Notes: generated by a model from the letters alone, not told the origin. Shown: positions 26,792-41,236, numbered from the stretch's first letter. The stretch: DNA of 64,000 nucleotides from Eledone cirrhosa (GCA_964016885.1 OZ024756.1:37696001-37760000), one strand, 5' to 3'. A program made the numbers and translations.

Positions 26792-27557
26792 TAAAGAAAG
26801 TATATTTAAAGAGGAATGAGTTCTTTCTATGTATTTTATGTAATGCAGAATTCTCATAATCATCATCATCATTATGTTGTGTGTGTGGTATTCAGTATAC
26901 ACAGTGGTAAGTCGCCTCCCCCACCACCACCACTACCCCCTCCCCCTCTGTCCAAACAGTCATATGACTATCAATATTACTATATATAGTATGTATAATA
27001 TGTTGCATGTTCTAACCTTCTTAACTCAACACATGATGTACATCTTGAAGAGCACGCTATATACATCCAATAGATCATAAGTAGCTTTGTGCATCTTCAC
27101 ACATTTAATATATATATATATCTTAATAAGAAAACACAATTGTCAAGTGGAACCAATGTCGAGGAGATGATCATTGGTAAAGCAGTTGTTATCTACCTGT
27201 TTGTCTTATGTATCTCTCTATCTACCTATGTATCAGTATATATATCTCTCTATTAACCTACAATCTATAGTTATATATATATATATCAGTGTATCAATTT
27301 TTGGACAAGAACAACAATAGCAATAACAAAACACAAATCCCAATAGCAATCCGAAGATCGGTAGGTAGATAGAACAAAGTCATCATAGTTTAGAGGATGT
27401 GTTTGAGAATGATTATATATATATATACACATATATATACACATACAGCCGACCGGACATTGCCCACAACAGGACAACCCGTCTAACCCATGCTAGCGTG
27501 GACGAACGGACGTAAAACGGTGATGATGATGACACTATATTATTTATTTATGTTCAT

Positions 27558-27890
27558 GGAGGCACATGGCTTAGTGGTTAGAGCATTGGCCTTGCAATCG
27601 AAAGGTTGTGAGTTCAATTCCCAGACCGGGTGATGTGTTGTTTCCTTGAGCAAGACACTTTATTTCACATTGCTCCAGTTTACTCAGCTGTAGAAATGAG
27701 ATGATAGGGACTGGGTTCCATATCATTCCACTGCAAAGTGGTCGTGGCGGTGCCACGGCAAAAAAGCACCCAGCACTCACTGTAAATGAGGTTGGTGTTA
27801 GGAAGGGCATCCAGCTGTAGAAATCAAGCCAGAATCAGTTCCCATCCCACCCTTGCAAGCAGGGAAAAGTGGACATAAAATGAAATGATG
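27558..27890 (+). mobile_element. tRNA-CORE SINE family B with RTE-derived tail
   Basis: tggcttagtggttagagc...gagttcaattccc head, ccttgagcaagacacttt CORE, tail ggttggtgttaggaagggcatccagctgtagaaa shared with the RTE 3'UTR. Confidence 0.85.
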
Positions 27891-28255
27891 CATGGAACAA
27901 AGTCACTACCTAAGGTTTCAAGGCCTAAATCTGACCTTACTTCCAGAAAACAACAAGAGGCATTGAAATAATTACCTTTCTTCTGATGCTAATACGTGTT
28001 TTGCCACCTACAGATATTGCTACATACCCATATATATATATATACCCTATTTATTTTTAAATAACCCCCTTTTTTTCTATACTTTTTCTAAATTACTTGC
28101 CCCTGCACAAACTCTTTTGTTATATCCCCATAGGGAAAGCAAAATCAACCATAGGCGGCCATTTTTATTTTTTTTTATTTTTCTCATGACAGGCGGAGGA
28201 AATTGGGGCCCAGAACCCAACGAAACTTGAGTACCTGTTTATGTCAGCGTCGTTA

Positions 28256-28287
<32 letters not shown>

Positions 28288-28870
28288 ATGCTTTGGCAGC
28301 ATGACCCTCTCAAAGTATAACAATATCTATTTAAACACATGTTTCTGCATTAAAAAATCTTACAAAAACAAAGTATATATATTTGTGTGTGTCTGTGTAT
28401 ATAGAGATGTTAGAATATTCAAACGTGTAAAGAGAACATAATCTTGTGAGAAGCATAATAATGTATGTTTTATCATAGACCATATTACATATGTTTGGAA
28501 ACTTGAGCATCAAACCTCCCGTTTCTCACCAGGCATGTCATACTTTGCATTAGCCCATTACAAGATGTCATGGCTGATGAGAAACTTTAGCTTGACATGT
28601 GTGATTGTCAACAACCAGATTTTGATACACATGTAGTACGCAAAGATATGTGGCTTATTGTTCATGATCATTAGGTCGTGGTTTTGATTCCTGAATCGGG
28701 CAGCATGTTGTGTCCTTGAACATAACACTTCATTTTTCACATTGCTTTTCTTGATAGGACTAAGGCCACTATTATTAAAACACATAAAATGAAAAACCTC
28801 CTGTGAGATGCAACTTGTTGCAAACCAACTAAATGTATGTACATATTAACTGAAACACTGCCACGATATA

Positions 28871-28923
<53 letters not shown>

Positions 28924-29051
28924 ACCCATGCAAGCGTGGAAGATGGACGTTAAACGATGATGATGATGAGAGAGAGAGATGCATCATTATCATCATAATA
29001 TATCTGTTCAAAACATATGTTGCAAATTGATGTGATAGGAGATGAAGGGTT

Positions 29052-29084
<33 letters not shown>

Positions 29085-29264
29085 ACGGTAGTGATGATAA
29101 TAGGATAATAGTGGTGTTGGTAATGATTATGGTGATAATGAGGAATACTGTGATGGTTATTAACAGTCATAAAAGACAATGGTTATGGTAGAAAAACAAT
29201 TCCAATGTAGGGATTGGCTAAAAGGAAATATCTATATAAATGTGTTTATTATATATGTATATAC

Positions 29265-29333
<69 letters not shown>

Positions 29334-29341
29334 TATATATT

Positions 29342-29374
<33 letters not shown>

Positions 29375-30173
29375 TTATATATATTTATATATATATATAT
29401 ATTTATATATATATTTATATATATATATTTATTTATATATATATTTATTTATATATATATATATATATACACACACATGTAACATCAATAAAGGGTGGTG
29501 TGTGTAAAAACATGTAGTAGAGCAAACAACAAAGGCAAGCAAGTAATGGGATGAATTAATCCTATTGTAGCTGGGATCAGATCCATCCATACACACACAC
29601 ACATACATGCATACACATACACACACACTCACACATATACATATACATACACACACTCACACATATACATACATACACACATATGGTTGCATGTCAAGTA
29701 TGGATCAGTTGAGCAAAGTAAAAACACACTTGGGAAATTGTACAAAGGAATGGCATGTGCTACTGCATACCATAGTAATAGATTGGATTGGATTTGGCAA
29801 TAAATGCTGGTTATTTATATTGTTTTATTCCCAGATAGACATGGTTGTTTTAGGAGTTCGCTTTTCAACGAATCGTAGGGTTTTGGTTTCAGGTCAACTT
29901 TGGGGGTGCTTGGCGCCATTCTTGTCGACTAGCCTTGGGGTAAATAATTCCTTCCGGGTGAAATGTGTAGATGGAAACTGTGTAGAAGCTGGTCACATAC
30001 ATACATAGACATATATCATCATCATCACCGTTTTACGTCCATTTCTCCATGGGTCAGACGGGTCATCTGTGTCGAGTGACAGGATTGGCCACGCCGTACC
30101 TTGCTCTGATAAGACTGTAAGTTTGGGCAGGTTTTTTTTACTGCTGCATGCCCTTCCTAAAACCAACTACATT

Positions 30174-30219
<46 letters not shown>

Positions 30220-30240
30220 CATATATATTATATTATATTT

Positions 30241-30431
30241 GGCGGTGGTTTGGCAGTATCGGTACAGGGTCGGACGCCATGCTTTGATGCACAGAGTTAC
30301 GGCCCTTGTCATTCTGAGTTCAAATCCCACCGAGGTTAACTTTGCCTTTCATCCTTACGGGGGTCGATAAAATAAAGTACCAGTAATGTACTGGGATAAT
30401 TGCTGGCCTTATGCCAAAAGTAGAAACAATT
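30241..30431 (+). mobile_element. SINE family A, full length
   Basis: Matches 23270-23460. Confidence 0.85.
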
Positions 30432-30680
30432 ATTTATGTTCATACACAGAACAAAGGTGCAACCCAAAGTTCCAAGGTCCTATTTTGGCCATACCTCAAA
30501 CTCGTATAATCACCTGAAGAAAGGTCTCTAATTTGCTACCTCTTGTTTTCTGGAGGTATGCTTAAATTTGGGCCTTGAGATCTTGGGTTGCACTTTTGTT
30601 CTGTGTATGAACATAAATAAATACTAGTATCTCGTCTCGTCCTGATTGAGCACTGTTGTCCTTTTTGCAAAGATATCATT
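30430..30680. mobile_element. Degenerate fold-back element (IR 30430-30620 plus tail)
   Basis: ~65-bp inverted arms; tail contains ttgagcact. Confidence 0.55.
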
Positions 30681-31704
30681 ATTTTCCGAGATAAAGCAAG
30701 GGTTAGCCTTTCATAGATGCGCTTATGGGATGGGCCCTATTTCAGGAAGTTATATTAGGGCTGATGATGATGATGATGATGATGGTAGTGATGTGGTTAA
30801 AATGGTGATGGTATTGGCAATAGGGGGGAGGGGGGTATAGTGGTGAAGGCGATGTTATTAGTGGAGTTCCCTGCTGTCCTTAAGTAAATTTTAACATTCT
30901 TCACAGTGTCATTGGAGGTAAAGAAAGTGTAAATATAACCCAGGTCAAGGGTCAGGTCCTGGAGATTTTGTCTCTTATGGCCATAGTATTGGTGGTTGTT
31001 GCCATGGTGAAAGATCTCTGACACACACACACACACTCATATCTACCACACGTATACACATATTCTCATGCACTCACACACTTGTATCTACCACACATAC
31101 ACACACATTGACAATTGCACACATACATACACAGACATCCCATGTGTACTTAATATGATTGGTTTCCTTGTGTTCAAATATATTGATTTCCTGTGTTGTC
31201 AGTGTTCTTAGTAAAGTGGTTGTATATATATAAATATATATATATATATAATATATATACACATATACATATATATACGCATATACATATATATATATTT
31301 ACATACACACATATCATCATCATCACCCTTTAAATGTCTATTTTTCATGCTTGCATTGGTTAGATGGGTTGTCATGTTATGTGATTAGACAGGATTCGGG
31401 GCTTGGGTTTCTATAGCTGGGTACCCTTCTTAGCGCCAAGCTCATTACATGTACTGGGATCTTTTTTTTTTGTTGCACCAGCACCACCACTGTACTGGGT
31501 GGACTTGGTGCTTTTTATTCTAGCATCAGCACTGTAGGAGAGCAAGAAACATGTCAAGAGTTTTGCTGATACAGAACTGTTTCTAGCTTGGTTTCTACAG
31601 CTGGATGCCCTTTGTGCTTTTGGTTGTGACACTTACACGGCTACTTTACAGGGTGGGCTGGATGCTTTAAACATATATGTGTATGTGTCTGTGTTTTTAT
31701 TTAC

Positions 31705-31918
31705 TTAACCCTTTAGCATTTAGAATTCTCTCACCTCTTTCTGTTCAAACCAGCTGTAACTGGCCACTCTAACATACTGATGTTAAGGTATTGTTCTCAA
31801 AATAAGTAATATCAAAATCTTGTAAATTTGACATTATATGAGATAATTATGTAAGGTAGAGCCTTAGCTGTGAAAATACAATAGTAAATATAGAGCAATT
31901 TAAATGCTAAAGGGTTAA
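31705..31918. mobile_element. piggyBac-like MITE
   Basis: TTAA|CCCTTTAGCATTTA...TAAATGCTAAAGGG|TTAA. Confidence 0.85.
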
Positions 31919-34914
31919 CTCTTCGATAGAGATAACATTTGTGTGTAACAGATAGGCAATGCCCAAGAACACAAAACTCTGCCAAATTCAAGAATCTATG
32001 ATGACGAGTCTAACTCCCTAACCACTGGGCCACATGCCTGCACCATGTTTGGATGTTCGCCCATATATAGTGAATGAGCATGGCTTTGTGTGGTGGTGGA
32101 ATGTTATATATGTGTTAAGTAATTCCAAAGAAAGCGCAAAGGAGAAAAGATAACATCTCTGTTTGATGAACGATCCAGACGTATTTTGATATTGTCTAGG
32201 GTCCTGAAACCTTAGGTAATGGAATAGTTATATATTGTGTTGTTCACTTTCTAATTAAATATATGTATATATATAATGTTTGTATCTATCTATCTATATA
32301 TATATATATATCATGAATATATACGTATACAGGTATATGTATATATACAGGTATATATGTATATATTATATATATGTATATAAATAAATATATATAATAT
32401 GTGTATAAATGTATATATAAGCACACATATACCTCTTCCCCGACTCCATGTGATGTCACTGGCAGTAGCCATTTTAAAACATGTATGTATGTAGATATAA
32501 CTTCTTTCATAATAACTACTACCGTAGTTGCTATGACTACACCATTACAGATATTCTGTGAGGCAGTCAACTGCTTTCATATGTTATGTGTAGCTATAAC
32601 CCCCTCCCCACTCTTTCTGCTTTTGGTTCTTTGACATCTTGGCATACATACTCATATATGTATGTTTGTGTGAATGTGTGCGTATATATATATAATAAAT
32701 AAGAGAGGCGGTTTTTTTATTCGTACATCCTCATTATATTATTTAGTTCGTTATACTTATTTCTAAGATGTAAGGTAGTTATATAATAACTACCCCACAT
32801 TCTCCTCACACGAATCGAGATGTAAATTTCCATTGATATGCTACTCATCCGACATGTTAACCTTGCTGTCCAGTAATCATACCAGTAATGCACTGGGGTA
32901 ATTGCTGGTCTTGTGCCAAAAGTAGAAACAATTATTTTATGTACTATGTATACACCTTTGATAATAATTTTCATTATTATTATTATTAAAGACCGACAGG
33001 TGGGGGAGGGTCATCTTATATTAGGCTCAGCTTATATACGGTATATAATATATGATGGTATATTAGTTTAATGCTTGCTGTGGTTGCAAAAGTCTTAATG
33101 TTTCAGATGCTAGTCCTCCATTGGAAGATAGAAAGAGAAGAAAGGATATTTTAGAAAGTGACACAAAATATTTAAAAAAAAACCAGTGAAATGTGCTGAT
33201 TGGAGAGAAAGCAGATGTTAGTCAACCATCTTGAATAATGAAAAAAAAATCAGAATGAGGCTGCGGTAATTATTAGTTATTGAAAGGGTGACCCTGTCTT
33301 GCACTATATATATAGTGAAATAAAATAACAAGAACAATTGGTTACTCCTTCGTTACATTTATTGGTTGGTGACACGTTTCACCACTGATCAGCTCAAGGT
33401 TCGATCAGTATCGATGTATCCCGACTCTGTAATCCGCGGCTCCTGGATATATATATCGTTAGAGCATTGGATATTTGTTCCTGGTCTCTGTTCTGAGTTC
33501 AAATCCCACCAAGATTCAGTTTGCCTTTCATGGTTTCAGGGAGGGTTGATAAAGACAGTAGCAACCCAGTGCTGGTGTAGCTCTCCTGCTTTCACATCCT
33601 GGCTGTTACAGTGGATCAAAGAAGAGGAGGCCGAGCGGATGTGTTTTTCTGCTCATGACTTCATTGGTACCTAAAACCCACACCAAAAGCATGGTACATG
33701 CTACCAAGTTTTACTTGACTGCAAGTGATGACTATATATATATATATATATATATACTCTGACACACATGCATATGTGCACATATTTATATATATATACA
33801 CACACATGGTTTTTAATTGAAATGTGTATATATGAGAGAGAGAGGGGGGAAAACAAAGAGACTGTATATAGACAAGTGAATATGGTGGTGGTGGTGGTGA
33901 GGCATATATACATGTATGTATGTGTGTATGTATGTGTGTTGCTGCACATACACACACATATATATATATATATGTTACTGCTACTGTTGCTGCTATGTAC
34001 ACATACACATGTTGCAGCTGCACATATGCACATACACATATATATATTACTGCTACTGCTGCACACACGCACACATATATATATATATGTGTGTGTGTGT
34101 ATTATATGCAGTAACAGTAGCAGTAGCACACACACACACACACATACATATATATATGTATGTGTGTGTGTGTGTATTATGTGCAGCAACAGTAGCACTA
34201 ATACACACATATATATATATACATATATATATGTTAGTGCTACTGCTACTGTTGCTGCTGCTGTCCGAGGTTTTCCTCCTATCGAAAGGAATACATCAAA
34301 GACCAGTAATCAATAGGTAATAATATTTGCTCCACACACAAGCAGATATCGACTTTCTTTGATATTCTAATTCATTCAATTATATATTAAGTTTTCCGGC
34401 TGCTTTCAACTTTCGCATATTTTATTTAGTTCTTACTTTATTTTCTCCAACATTTTCTATATTTGCCTCCATAAACTGATGGTTCACACACACACGCACA
34501 TATATAAGGCACACACACACACACATATATAAGGCACGCAGACACATACACATAAGGCACACAACTCGCACATACACATATACATAAGGCGCGCGCACAC
34601 ACATACGCATATACATAAGGTGCGCGCACACACACACACATATACATAAGGCGCGCACATACACATACATAAGGCACACATATACACATAAAGCACACAG
34701 ACACACATAAGGCACACACACAAACACAGAAGAGTATGCATACATATAAGGGTGCATATACATGTGTGTACACACATGCATTGGTATACATGCATTTACA
34801 GATACATACACATGCTGGTTTATGAATATGCGCACACACACACACACACACACACCAGATTATACGTACATACATATAAGGGTATATATATATATGTATA
34901 CATACACATACATT

Positions 34915-35310
34915 GGTTGACATATATTAATGCCCTAAGGACAGAGACTGGTCTCTAGGACACACGGGACATGACGGCAATGATGAAGGACAGAGGCCAC
35001 TGGAGAGAACTCGTCCATGGATCTTGGGAATTTTACCAGCCCTAGATAGATAGGTACATTGGTGTATATATATATATATGACACACGGGACATGGCGGCA
35101 ATGATGGACAGAGGCCACTGGAGAGAACTCGTCCATGGATCTTGGGAATTTTACCAGCCCTAGATAGATAGGTACATTGGTGTATATATATATATATGAC
35201 ACACGGGACATGGCGGCAATGATGGACAGAGGCCACTGGAGAGAACTCGTCCATGGATCTTGGGAATTTTACCAGCCCTAGATAGATAGGTACATTGGTG
35301 TATATATATA
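34915..35310 (+). mobile_element. RTE 3' end, tandemly triplicated (~120-bp unit)
   Basis: Three copies of gacacacgggacatg...ggagagaactcgtccatggatcttgggaattttaccagccctagatagatagg(ta)n; homologous to 207-361. Confidence 0.85.
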
Positions 35311-36192
35311 TATATATAATATATATATGCATGCATTTACAGACACATACACATGCTGGTTTATTGACATGGCCGCACCCCCCACAAATATCGAGACAGG
35401 GACACTTACATAGGAAGCATTTGGACAGGGTATCGTGTTGTATATATGTGGAAGATAGCTGCAGTAGAGGAAGGCCAAGGAAGACCTTGACTGAGGTGAC
35501 GAGAGCTGATCTCAAATCATTGAAGCTCACAGAGGAGATAACAAATGAACTTAAGGCCGATCCAGCTCATGAAAGGATGAAAAATTGGACAAAAAGTGGA
35601 GGTTAACCTAATATATTCCTTCCAACTGTACTGATTGTATTGTTATTTCTGTTTACCTTTAACATACATATATCTATATCTATCTATATATATATACATT
35701 GAAATTAAGACCAAATACTGTTAATTATATCATATTTTAATTAGTGTACATTTCTTCCATCTCACAGGATATATAATTAATTATATAATCCTATGATTGG
35801 ATTCATCAGAATTAATAGAAAATATTCGAAACATTATTACCTCTAGAAATCATTTTATATGCGTATATATTTATTATCAGTACAGATTAAAGTTAAAACA
35901 AAGAATTTCTGCTTTCACCTTGAATGTTGGAGCAAAAACCTTAAATTCTATTTTCAGGCCAAGCTAGCCGACAGCTCCATATGCAAATGAGGTTAATCAG
36001 CCCATGTACAAAGGCCTCAAAACTATATTTTCACTTATATATTTAAAACACCTGAAAGACCTATCAGTTGAATCAACATAGGGGTGAGCTGTAAATTCCA
36101 TTAGTATTCTATATATATAAAACCACTTTGCTTTTCATCTTTATGGGTTTGAGAATAAAAGTAACAAGCCTTCTCTCTGATTGTCGGCTATT

Positions 36193-36421
36193 TTAACCCT
36201 TTAGCATTTAAACCGGCCATATCCGGCCAGAATTCTCTCACCTCTTTCTGTTCAAACCGGCCATAACCAGCTGCTCATGCTTATGTTAAGGTATTGTTCT
36301 CAAAATAGATAATATCAAAATTTCATAGATTCGATACTTTATGAGATAATTATGTGAGATAAAGTGTTTACCATGAAAATACAATAGTAAATGTAGAGTA
36401 ATGTAAATGCTAAAGGGTTAA
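36193..36421. mobile_element. piggyBac-like MITE
   Basis: TTAA TSD and 14-bp TIR CCCTTTAGCATTTA. Confidence 0.9.
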
Positions 36422-36594
36422 AGTTAAGGAACCTCAGTCTAATAAAAAGATTCTGCTCTGGACCAGACAACAGTCCATCTCTGGGTTAACTCCAACCTCG
36501 GCTACCACTACTCTTTTTTATTTTAACTGAGTGAACTTTAGTGTCATGAAATAAATGAAACATCTTGCTCAAGGACACAGTGATGCGCCATCTG

Positions 36595-36858
36595 TGAAGG
36601 CGCATGGTTTAGTGGTTAGAGCATTGGGCTTGCAATCGAAAGGTTATGAGTTCAATTCTCGGACCAGGTGATGTGTTGTTTCCTTGAGCAAGACACTTTA
36701 TTTCACGTTGCTCCAGTTTACTCAGCTGTAGAAATGAGATGTTAGGACTGGGGTCCCTATCATTAAATCACCCAAGACACCTCCAATGAGATATACCTTG
36801 GAGGAGGCCAGCTAAACCTGCATAGGTGTGAGCTGTCACACACACACACACACACATA
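36595..36858 (+). mobile_element. SINE family B head and CORE with an alternative (CA)n-ending tail, nested in an older minus-strand SINE
   Basis: Flanked by atgcgccatctg (36583-36594) and atgcaccatctg (36859-36870). Confidence 0.75.
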
Positions 36859-37422
36859 ATGCACCATCTGGTCTAGAAATTGAAACCCCCACCCTTGACC
36901 TTATGTTCATGAGTCCTATACACTAACCACTAGGCCACACACCTTCTTATTGAAAAGAAGAAAAATAAGACCCCCCCCCCCTCTCTCTCTCTCTCATTTG
37001 TGAATATGTGTGGAATTGTGACAATACGGACTTTCCAAATGAATAAGTTCTTCAATCTAATTGCCAATCTACTCCCTTTCATTTGCTGCTATTTATTGCA
37101 TTAATTCCATTAATCTCCTCAGCACCGACGACCAATTTTCAGTAAAATCTCTTGCGTTTCACTCGAGAACATTCCTTTTGATGTGTTTCAATGTTGTGTT
37201 GTGTTTGGTTTGTGAGAGCTACGTATGTGTGTGTGTGTGTGCGTGTGCGTGCATGAGCGAGAAAGAGAGAGAGAGAGTGGGGTGGGGGTTGTCACACCCC
37301 CTCCCCTCCTTTTTGAGGCCACACTTGAATGAATAATGCAAACTCCATTCGGAACCCTGGCAAATGTGTGTGTAAGTATATATATATGTATATATGTATG
37401 TAAATGTTTATATGCATACACA

Positions 37423-37462
<40 letters not shown>

Positions 37463-37964
37463 TGCACATATATATTTTCTTGTGTATATACATATGTATG
37501 CATTCTTATACAGATGTGTATATGTGTGTATATATATATGTATATACATATGTGTGTGTGTATGTATATATACACACATGTATAGCTGATATCTGTATAT
37601 ATATGTGTGTGTGTATATATATATATATGTACATATGTATATATACACACATATGTATAGCTGATATCAGTATATGTATATATGTGTGTGTGTATACGTA
37701 CATACGTAAATCAGATATGACACAAAGATCCTAGATTAGATTGATCAGCAGTAGTTAACTAGATTAAAAGTGGTTTTATTGTCAAGTATAAGGGGATGTT
37801 GTGTTTCCTGTCTGTTGTACAATAGAACAGATGTCTTGGAGAAGCTAACAGATCTGGTCATCTTTTGAAATGTTCTACCTCACACCCTCCACCACCATTC
37901 AGCTACAAGTTCAACTGCTTATGTTTGTATGTATGTAAGGGTGGAGAATTGGCAGTCATTAGAA

Positions 37965-38284
37965 CAGAGGTTCTGAAAAGTGGGCGCTATTGCCCCACAG
38001 AGGAGGGCATTGAGAAGGTCTTGAGGGGGGCGGCAGAGATGATATAATAGTATATTAAATATCAAATGATACATATATATAAATATAGTAAGTGAAAAAT
38101 ATATATATTTATTTATACATAGTATATATTATATTATTTATTATATATAAATTAACAAATTTATTTATTATATATTATTTACAATTTGTGTGTAGGCAGG
38201 TCTCTCTGGAAATAGGGTTCGGGAGTGCTGAGGGTATTATGTGGCCGTAAGGGGGGCAGTGACCCAAAAAGTTTGAGAACCTCT
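37965..38284. mobile_element. hAT-like MITE nested in an old SINE
   Basis: TIR cagaggttctgaaa...tttgagaacctct, flanking direct repeat attagaa; the SINE continues on both sides. Confidence 0.8.
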
Positions 38285-38400
38285 ATTAGAATGTGAGAAA
38301 GAATGCTTTGTGGTATTCATTCCAGTTCTCTGCATTATGATTTCAAATCCTACCAAGATCAAATTTGCTTTTCATCCTTTCGAGGCCAATAAAAAAATTG

Positions 38401-38437
<37 letters not shown>

Positions 38438-38631
38438 GGCGTGTGGCAATCATGAGGTTGTGAGTTCGATTCCCAGACCAGGCGATGCGTTATGTCCTTG
38501 AGCAAGACACTTTATTTCACGTTGCTCCTTCTACCTGGAGTTGCGACCGATAGATAGTACTAGCAATTGGAAAGACCAATGGAAACATTGTTTCCTCGGT
38601 CCGATTTGACGAAAGTCGATCGTTCCTTTAT

Positions 38632-38768
38632 ATATCAAAGAAAGTGTGGTAAGAAAGCAGCTGGACCATAACGCACCAGAGTACTCAATACCTCTAATAC
38701 TGCTGGCTTAGTTCAGATGTAGCTGTTGAAAACGACCAGAGCTCTGCAATTGAGGTCCTGACTCTTTT

Positions 38769-38773
<5 letters not shown>
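38632..38773 (-). mobile_element. Partial copy of the 61139-61340 fold-back family
   Basis: Reverse complement of the tail gtattgagtactctggtgcgttatggtcca and of one arm. Confidence 0.7.
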
Positions 38774-38823
<50 letters not shown>

Positions 38824-39559
38824 ATATGTGTACTTTGCTCATGTTGTATGTGTGTGTGTACTTTGCTCATGTTTGTATGTATGTGTGTACTTTGCTCATA
38901 TTTGTATGTATGTGTGTACTTTGCTCATGTTGTATATATATGTGTGTGTGTGTGTATTTGTACACACTGATACACACGCACATTCCGACAGTTCTTCCTT
39001 AAGCTGAGCTTGTTGCTGGAACATTCCACCATTACATCATGCATGTGTGTGTATATATGTATGTCTGTGTCTGCCTATCCATCTTTATGTTTGTGTGTGT
39101 TATTTATGTTATGTTTACATGTGTGTGTGTGTGTGTGTCATATTTATGCATGGGTGTGATACATGTATATACACTCTTGAAAACGTCTCATGGAATGATG
39201 GGTGCACAAAATTACTTTTTGCGTACACCTAATGCACACACATACTCGCAGACGTAATTATATATAATGCATGTCTATACATACAGGGATGTGTGTATAT
39301 GTATATATATACACATGCACACAAATTGCATGTGTGTGTTTGTATGCATGCTTCTACCTCCCATGAAACCAACACACGGAGGCATACATCCAAATGTGTA
39401 TGTATATACATCTGCAAATATGTTATATATACATACAAACACACACACACATATATGTGTGTGTGTGTTTGTATGTATGTATGTATATATATATATATAT
39501 ACACAAACATACATATATATAAATATATATACATATATATATATTTATGTATATATACT

Positions 39560-39607
<48 letters not shown>

Positions 39608-39614
39608 AACATAC

Positions 39615-39689
<75 letters not shown>

Positions 39690-40280
39690 ATTACACAGTC
39701 ATGCAATTTGTGTGTGCACATATGGCTCTTTGATCAACAACTCCAATGTTTACGATGATTAGAAAGTGACTTAGTTAATTATTAAACCAATCTTACTCCC
39801 CCTTTCTCCCCTCCTCGCACCACACTGTTGTGCCTTGCAGTAATTTTGGTGGGAGTCAATGAAGATTGGAAGCCTTTTCTTTCATCATCTCTGATGATAA
39901 AGCATGTAGCTGAAGTGGGAGGGTACGAAGCTGTTGGAATCACTGTGCTGTCTCGGTGTTTGTACACGACCTAATGAAGGAGTTTGTTTAGGGTCGCACA
40001 AGCTAACTAGACATAGCAGCCAAGTATCAGTCAAACCACACCCTACTATTTTAGCATTTTTGTAAGCCAATTTATATATGAAAAATTCTATTCTAAGTAT
40101 TGAGTACTCTTGTGAGTAATGGTCTAACTGGTTTTTACTGCCTCCATTCTGATATATATATATCAGAATGGAGGCAGTAAAAACCAGTTAGACCATTATA
40201 TATATATATATATATAAATTCCGACCTCACACACTTACACCTCTCCAAGACAATGTCACTGGACCAAGATCTTTGGCGCT

Positions 40281-40600
40281 ACGCACATGGCTTAGTGGTT
40301 AGAGCATTGGCCTTGCAATCAAAAGGTTGTGAGTTCAGACCGGGTGATGTGTTGTTTCCTTGAGCAAGACACTTTATTTCACATTGCTCCAGTTTACTCA
40401 GCTGTAGAAATGAGATGATAGGGACTGGGATTCCTATCATTCCACTGCAAAGTGGTCATGGAGGTGCCATGGCAAAAAAGCACCCAGCCTGCACTGTAAA
40501 TGAGGTTGGTGTTAGGAAGGGCATCCAGCTGTAGAAATCAAGCCAGAATCAGTTCCCATCCCACCCTTGCAAGCAGGGAAAAGTGGACGTAAAATGATGA

Positions 40601-40603
<3 letters not shown>
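40281..40603 (+). mobile_element. SINE family B
   Basis: Near-identical to 27558-27890. Confidence 0.85.
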
Positions 40604-40640
<37 letters not shown>

Positions 40641-41236
40641 TCCCTCTCTATCTATCTATCTGTCTTGTCTGAAACTCCTTTGATGTGTCAAGGAATGTAA
40701 CCCTTTCATGTAAAATACTTTCTAGCTTTTATTTTCTAGATTAAAAGGTCTGGAGTCTCCTTAATTGTCCAGGGAAATAGATTAGGCTTGGAATAAGGAG
40801 CGAGGTGGTGGAGCGCGGTGTGGTATGGCGGAGAATGGTGTGGTGTAGCAAATAATGGGAGTGGAATATTTCATTATCTGCTATTGATTTCTGGACAAAG
40901 TCTCTCTCTCTCTCTTTCCCTCCCTCTCTCTCTCTCTGGCTGACCATTGGCTACTGACTATAGTGTCCAGGCCATCTCTTGCCTCTGCTCTGCTGTTGGT
41001 GGTGATGGTGGTGGTGGTTCCGATGCTTGTAATGGTGATGACGGCGGTGGTGGTGGTGGTGGTGGTGGTGGTGGTGGTGATGTTGCTAGCTTAGGAAGTT
41101 CTCTGCACAGAAGCTATTGGTGTTGGGTGTATGCGCATTTTTCTAGTTATGTGTGAGTACATGCATGTTTGTGTGAATGTAAGTATATATATGTGTGTGT
41201 GTGTGAATGTATGTTTATATATATATATATATATAT

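Noticed and set aside
27558-27630. tRNA-Cys-like sequence
   Set aside because: It is the head of a multi-copy SINE, running into the CORE domain with imperfect stems.
30797-31020. Non-repetitive minus-strand ORF (EIFHHGNNHQYYG...)
   Set aside because: No recognisable homology and no supporting neighbouring exons.
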